Assembly (NCBI RefSeq): GCF_009914755.1
Contig: NC_060948.1
Length of the DNA: 64,000 bases
Strand: one strand, 5' to 3'
Source of the DNA: the human T2T-CHM13v2.0 reference genome, Homo sapiens
Part shown: positions 58,690-64,000 of the stretch, in pieces
Position numbering within the stretch: position 1 is the first letter of the stretch
Layout of the letters: each line of letters opens with the position of its first letter
Position numbers and translations under genes: made by a program
Notes under the pieces: model-generated
What the model was told of the DNA's origin: nothing
The model's database searches: none
Seen by the model: only the letters and a program-made list of their open reading frames with translations

Positions 58690-61600
58690 ATGGAATGGAA
58701 TGGGCAGGAATGGAATTCAAAGGGGTGAATTGGAATTGAGTGCTGTGGATTGGAGTAGACTGCATTGTAGTGGATTGGAGAGGAAAGAAGTGGAGTGGAA
58801 TGGAATGGAATGCAATGGAGTGGAGTGGAATGGAATGGAGTGGAGTAGAATGGAATTTAATGGAGTGGAGTGGAATTGAGTGGAATGGAGAGTAATGGAG
58901 TGGAGTGGACTGGAGCGAAGTGGAGTGTAGTGCATTGGACTGTAGGGGATTGAAGTGGCTTGGAGTGCAATGGAGCGGAGTGGAATGGAATGGAATGGAA
59001 TGGAGTGGAATGGAATCGAATCATATGGAACTGAATCAAATCGAATTGAATGAAATTGAATGGAAAAAGTGGAATCAAATGGAATCAAATCGAATGGATT
59101 CGAATGACATTGAATGGAATCAAAAGGAATGCAGTGAGGTGGAGTTGAGTGGAATGGAGTGGAATGGAATGGGATGAATGGAACTGATTGGAGAGGAGTG
59201 GAATGGAATGGAATGGAAAGGAATGGAATTGAACAAAATGGAGTGTAGTAGAATGTAGTGGATAGGAGTGGAGTGCAGAGGAGTGCAGTGGAATGAAGAG
59301 GAGTGTAGTTGAATGGAATGGAATGGTATGGAACGTACAGGAATGGAATGGATAAGAATGGAATGGAATGGAATCGCATGGAATTGAATAGAATCAAATC
59401 GAATTGAATAGAATCAAATGGAAAAAATGGAGTCAAATGGAATCGAATGTCATAGAATCGAACGCTTTTGAATGTCAGTGAATGGAAACGAATGGAATGC
59501 GAAGAAGTGGAGTGGAGTGGAGTGGAAAGGAGTGCAATGGAATAGGGTGGAACAGAATTTAATGGAACAGAGTGGATTGGAGTGGACAGGAGAGGAATGG
59601 AATGGGAAGGAAAGGGATTGAAAGGAGTGGCGTGCAGTGGAGAGGAGTGGCACGGAGTGGAGTGGAGTGGAATGGAGTGGAATGGAGTGGAATGGAATGG
59701 AGTGGAATGGAGTGGATTGGAATGGAATGGAGTGCAGAGGAATGGAATGGAATGGTATAGAGTGGACAGGAATGGAGTGGAGTGGATTGGAATGGAATGG
59801 AATGTAAGGGAATGGAACTGAATGGACTGGAATGGAATGGAATAGAATGGAATCGCAGGGAATCAAATTGGATTGAATCGAATCGAATGGAAAAAATGAA
59901 ATCAAATGAAATTGAATGGAATCGAATTGAATGTAAACAATGGAATCCAAAGGAGACAAATGGAATCGAATCAAATGGTTTTGAATGGCATCAAATGAAA
60001 CGGCATAGAAGGCAGTGAATTGGAGTGGAGTGGAATAGAGAGGAATGAATTGGAATGGAGTGTAGTGGAATGGCGTGGATTCCAGTGGAGTGGAATAGAT
60101 TGGATTGGAATGGAATGGAATAGATTGGATTGGAGTGGTGCAGAGTGGAGTGGAATGGAGTGCAAAGGAATGGAGTGGAGTGAAGTCCAGTTGAGTGGAA
60201 TGGAATGGAGTGGAGCAGAGTGGAATGCAAAAGAATGAAGTGGATTCGTATGGAATGGAATGGCGTGGAATGGCATGAAATAGAATGGAATGGAATCGCA
60301 TGGAATGATATCAAATCAAATCGAATCGAACGGAAAATTATGAATCCAATGGAATCCAAAGGATTCTAAAGGAATGGATTCGAAAGACATTGAATGGAAT
60401 GGAAAGGAATGCAGTGGAGTAGAGTGGAGTGGAATGTTTTAGAGTAAACTGGGGTGGATTGGAACTTTATGGAGAGGAGTGGAGTGAAGTGGATTGGAGT
60501 GGAATGGACTGCAATGGACAGGAGTGGAGTGGAATGGATTGGAGTGGAGTGGAGTGGATCGGAGTGGAGTGCCGTGGAGTGGACTAGAGTGAGGTGGAGT
60601 GGAGTGCATTGGAGTGGAATGGAGTGGAGTGGGGTGCAACGGAATGGAATGGCATCAAATCGCATGGTAATGAATCAAATGGAATCAAATGGAATGGAAA
60701 TAATGGAATCGAAGGCAAACGAATGGAATCGAATTGCACAGATTCTACTGACTTCGAACAAAATGAAATGAAACGCGTTGAAGTGGAGTGGAGTGGAATG
60801 TATTGGGTGGAATGGAATTGAATGGTGTGGAGTGGAGTGGAGTGCCCAGGAGTGGAATGGGAAGAAATGGAATTGAACGGAGTGGAGTGGAGTGGAATGG
60901 GGCATAATGGAGTGGAATAGTGTGGAGTGGAGTAGAGTGGAATGGGTTGGAGTGGAATGCAGAGGACAGGAGTGGAGTGCGGTGGACTGGAGTGGAGTGA
61001 AGTTGAGTGGAGTGGATTGGATTGAAATAGAGCGGAGCAGAGTGGAATGGAATTGAGTCACATGGTATTGAATCAAATCGAATGGAATTAAATCGAATGA
61101 AAAAATGGAATCAAATGCAAACGAATGGAGTCAAACCACATTGGTTAAACTGACATCGAATAATATCAAATGAAATGCGTTGAAGTGGAGTGGAGTGTAA
61201 CGAAATGGGGTGGAATGAAATTGAATGGAGTGGAGTGGATTGGAGTCTACTGGAGTGGAATGGAACGGAATGGAAAGGAATGGAATAGAATGGAGTGAAG
61301 TGCAGTGCAGTGAAATGGAGTGGAAAGGAATGGAATGGAATCAAATGGAGTCGAAGAGAATCGAATCTAATGAAATTGATCGGAAAAAATGGAATGGAGT
61401 AGAATCGAATAAGATGGATTCAAAAGGCAACAAATAGAATTGAATGGAATGCGATGAGGTGGAGGGCATTGGAACGGAGTTGAATGGAATGGGGTGTAAT
61501 TGAATTGAATGGAGTGGAGTGGATTGGAGTGGACTGGAGTGGAATGGAACGGAATGGGCAGGAATGGAATTGAAAGGGGTGAATTGGAATTGAGTGCTGT

Positions 61601-64000
61601 GGATTGGAGTAGACTGCATTGTAGTGGATTGGAGTGGAAAGAAGTGGAGTGGAATGGAATGGAATGCAATGGAGTGGAGTGGAATGGAATGGAGTGGAGT
61701 AGAATGGAATTTAATGGAGTGGAGTGGAATTGAGTGGAATGGAGAGTAATGGAGTGGAGTGGACTGGAGCGAAGTGGAGTGTAGTGCATTGGACTGTAGG
61801 GGATTGAAGTGGCTTGGAGTGCAATAGAGTGGAGTGGAATGGAATGGAATGGAATGGAATCGAATCACATGGAACTGAATCAAATCGAATTGAATGAAAT
61901 TGAATGGAAAAAATGGAATCAAATGGAATCAAATCGAATGGATTCGAATGACATTGAATGGAATCGAAAGGAATGCAGTGAGGTGGAGTTGAGTGGAGTG
62001 GAGTGGAATGGAATGGGATGAATGGAATTGATTGGAGAGGAGTGGAATGGAATGGAATGGAAAGGAATGGAATTGAACGAAATGGAGTGTAGTAGAAAGT
62101 AGTGGATTGGAGTGGAGTGCAGGGGTGTGCAGTGGAATGAAGAGGAGTGTAGTTGAATGGAATGGAATGGTATGGAACGTACTGGAATGGAATGGATAAG
62201 AATGGAATGGAATGGAATCGCATGGAATTGAATAGAATCAAATCGAATTGAATAGAATCAAATGGAAAAAATAGAGTCAAATGGAATCAAATGTCATAGA
62301 ATCGCACGGTTTTGAATGTCAGTGAATGGAAACGAATGGAATGCGATGAAGTGGAGCGGAGTGGAGTTGAAAGGAGTGCAATGGAATAGGGTGGAAGAGA
62401 ATTTAATGGAACAGAGTGGATTGGAGTGGACTGGAGTGGAATGGAAAGGGAAGGAATGGGATTGAAAGGAGAGGCGTGCAGTGGAGTGGAGTGGCATGGA
62501 GTGGAGTGGAGTCGAATGGAGTGGAATGGAGTGGATTGGAATGGAATGGAGTGCAGAGGAATGGAATGGAATGGTATAGAGTGGACAGGAATGGAGTGGA
62601 GTGGATTGGAATGGAATGGAATGTAAGGGAATGGAACTGAATGGACTGGAATGGAATGGAATAGAATGGAATCGCAGGGAATCAAATTGGATTGAATCGA
62701 ATCGAATGGATAAAATGAAATCAAATGAAATTGAATGGAATCGAATTGAATGTAAACAATGGAATCCAAAGGAGTCAAATGGAATTGAATCAAATGGTTT
62801 TGAATGGCATCAAATGAAATGGCATGGAAGGCAGTGAATTGGAGTGGAATGGAATAGAGAGGAACGAATTGGAATGGAGGGTAGTGGAATGGAGTGGATT
62901 CCAGTGGAGTGGAGTGGATTGGATTGGAATGGAATGGAATAGATTGGATTGGAGTGGTGCAGAGTGGAGTGGACTGGAGTGCAGAGGAATGGAGTGGAGT
63001 GAAGTCCAGTTGAGTGGAATGGAATGGAGTGGAGCAGAGTGGAATGCAAAAGAATGAAATGGATTGGTATGGAATGGAATGGCGTGGAATGGCGTGGAAT
63101 AGAATGGAATGGAATCGCATGGAATGATATCAAATCAAATCAAATCGAACGGAAAATAATGAATCCAATGGAAGCGAAAGGATTCTAAAGGAATGGATTC
63201 GAAATGCATTGAATGGAATGGAAAGGAATGCAGTGAAGTGGAGTGGAGTGGAATGTTTTAGAGTGAACTGGGGTGGATTGGAACTTTATGGAGAGGAGTG
63301 GAGTGAAGCGGATTGGAGCGGAATGGAGTGCAATGGACTGGAGTGGAGTGGAATGGATTAGAGTGGAGTGGAGTGGATCGGAGTGGAGTGCCGTGGAGTG
63401 GACTAGAGTGGGGTGGAGTGGAGTGCATTGGAGTGGAATGGAGTGGAGTGGGGTGGAATGGAATGGAATGGGATCAAATCGCATGGTAATGAGTGAAATG
63501 GAATCAAATGGAATGGAAATAATGGAATCGAAGGCAAACGAATGGAATCGAATTGCACTGATTCTACTGACTTCGAACAAAATGAAATGAAACGCGGTGA
63601 AGTGTAGTGGAGTGGAATGTATTGGGTGGAATGGAATTGAATGGTGTGGAGTGGAGTGGAGTGCCCAGGAGTGGAATGGGAAGAAATGGAATTGAACGGA
63701 GAGGAGTGGAGTGGAATGGGGCATAATGGAGTGGAATAGTGTAGAGTAGAGTAGAGTGGAATGGGTTGGAGTGGAATGCAGAGGACAGGAGTGGAGTGTG
63801 GTTGACTGGAGTGGAGTGGAGTTGAGTGGAGGGGATTGGATTGAAATAGAGGGGAGCAGAGTTGAATGGAATTGAGTCACATGGTAATGAATCACATCGA
63901 ATGGCTTTAAATCGAATGAAAAAATGGAATCAAATGCAAACGAATGGAGTCAAACCACATTGGTTAAACTGACATCGAATAATATCAAATGAAATGTGGT
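58690..64000 (+). repeat. ~2.82-2.85 kb higher-order GGAAT repeat, DYZ18-like; ~1.9 copies visible
   Basis: Rare words recur at offsets 2854 (TGCTGTGGAT 58741/61595), 2844 (CATAGAATCG 59451/62295) and 2819 (GGATTCTAAA 60361/63180; GATTCTACTG 60741/63560; TTGGTTAAAC 61141/63960). DYZ18 name inferred from the recalled ~2.86-kb unit and context. Confidence 0.88.

Noticed and set aside
45881-63895. Very many ORFs (MEWNG.../FHSIP... peptides)
   Set aside because: These are translation artefacts of GGAAT/GGAGT pentamers, which lack stops in several frames. There is no coding evidence.

Overview
This is primate, almost certainly human, genomic DNA with no intact protein-coding gene. Bases 1-45,930 are repeat-rich euchromatin carrying a minus-strand, unprocessed (exon-intron) PARP4 pseudogene. 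Twelve exon relics are recognisable, from the VIT domain to the last exon. It is 5'-truncated, appears to lack a block of internal exons, and carries stops, frameshifts, broken splice sites and an AluY inside its large exon. Its introns hold a full-length decayed L1PA3/4-type LINE-1, a processed CCNQ (FAM58A, cyclin Q) pseudogene, a ~940-bp TATG/TACA repeat and many Alus, LTRs and DNA transposon relics. Two HERV-K solo LTRs lie beyond its 3' end. At ~45,931 the sequence switches abruptly to GGAAT/GGAGT satellite (HSat3 class). A ~12.8-kb divergent block of ~200-700 bp subunits comes first, then from ~58,690 a high-identity ~2.82-2.85 kb tandem repeat. PARP4 pseudogene + CCNQ retrocopy + ~2.85-kb GGAAT repeat matches my recollection of the chrY Yq11.23/Yq12 boundary (PARP4P1, CCNQP2, DYZ18); this is an inference that needs an alignment. 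All parent-gene and repeat-family matches are from memory, not from a search. I see no evidence of a new biological system. The interesting signals concern satellite architecture and insertion/rearrangement history.
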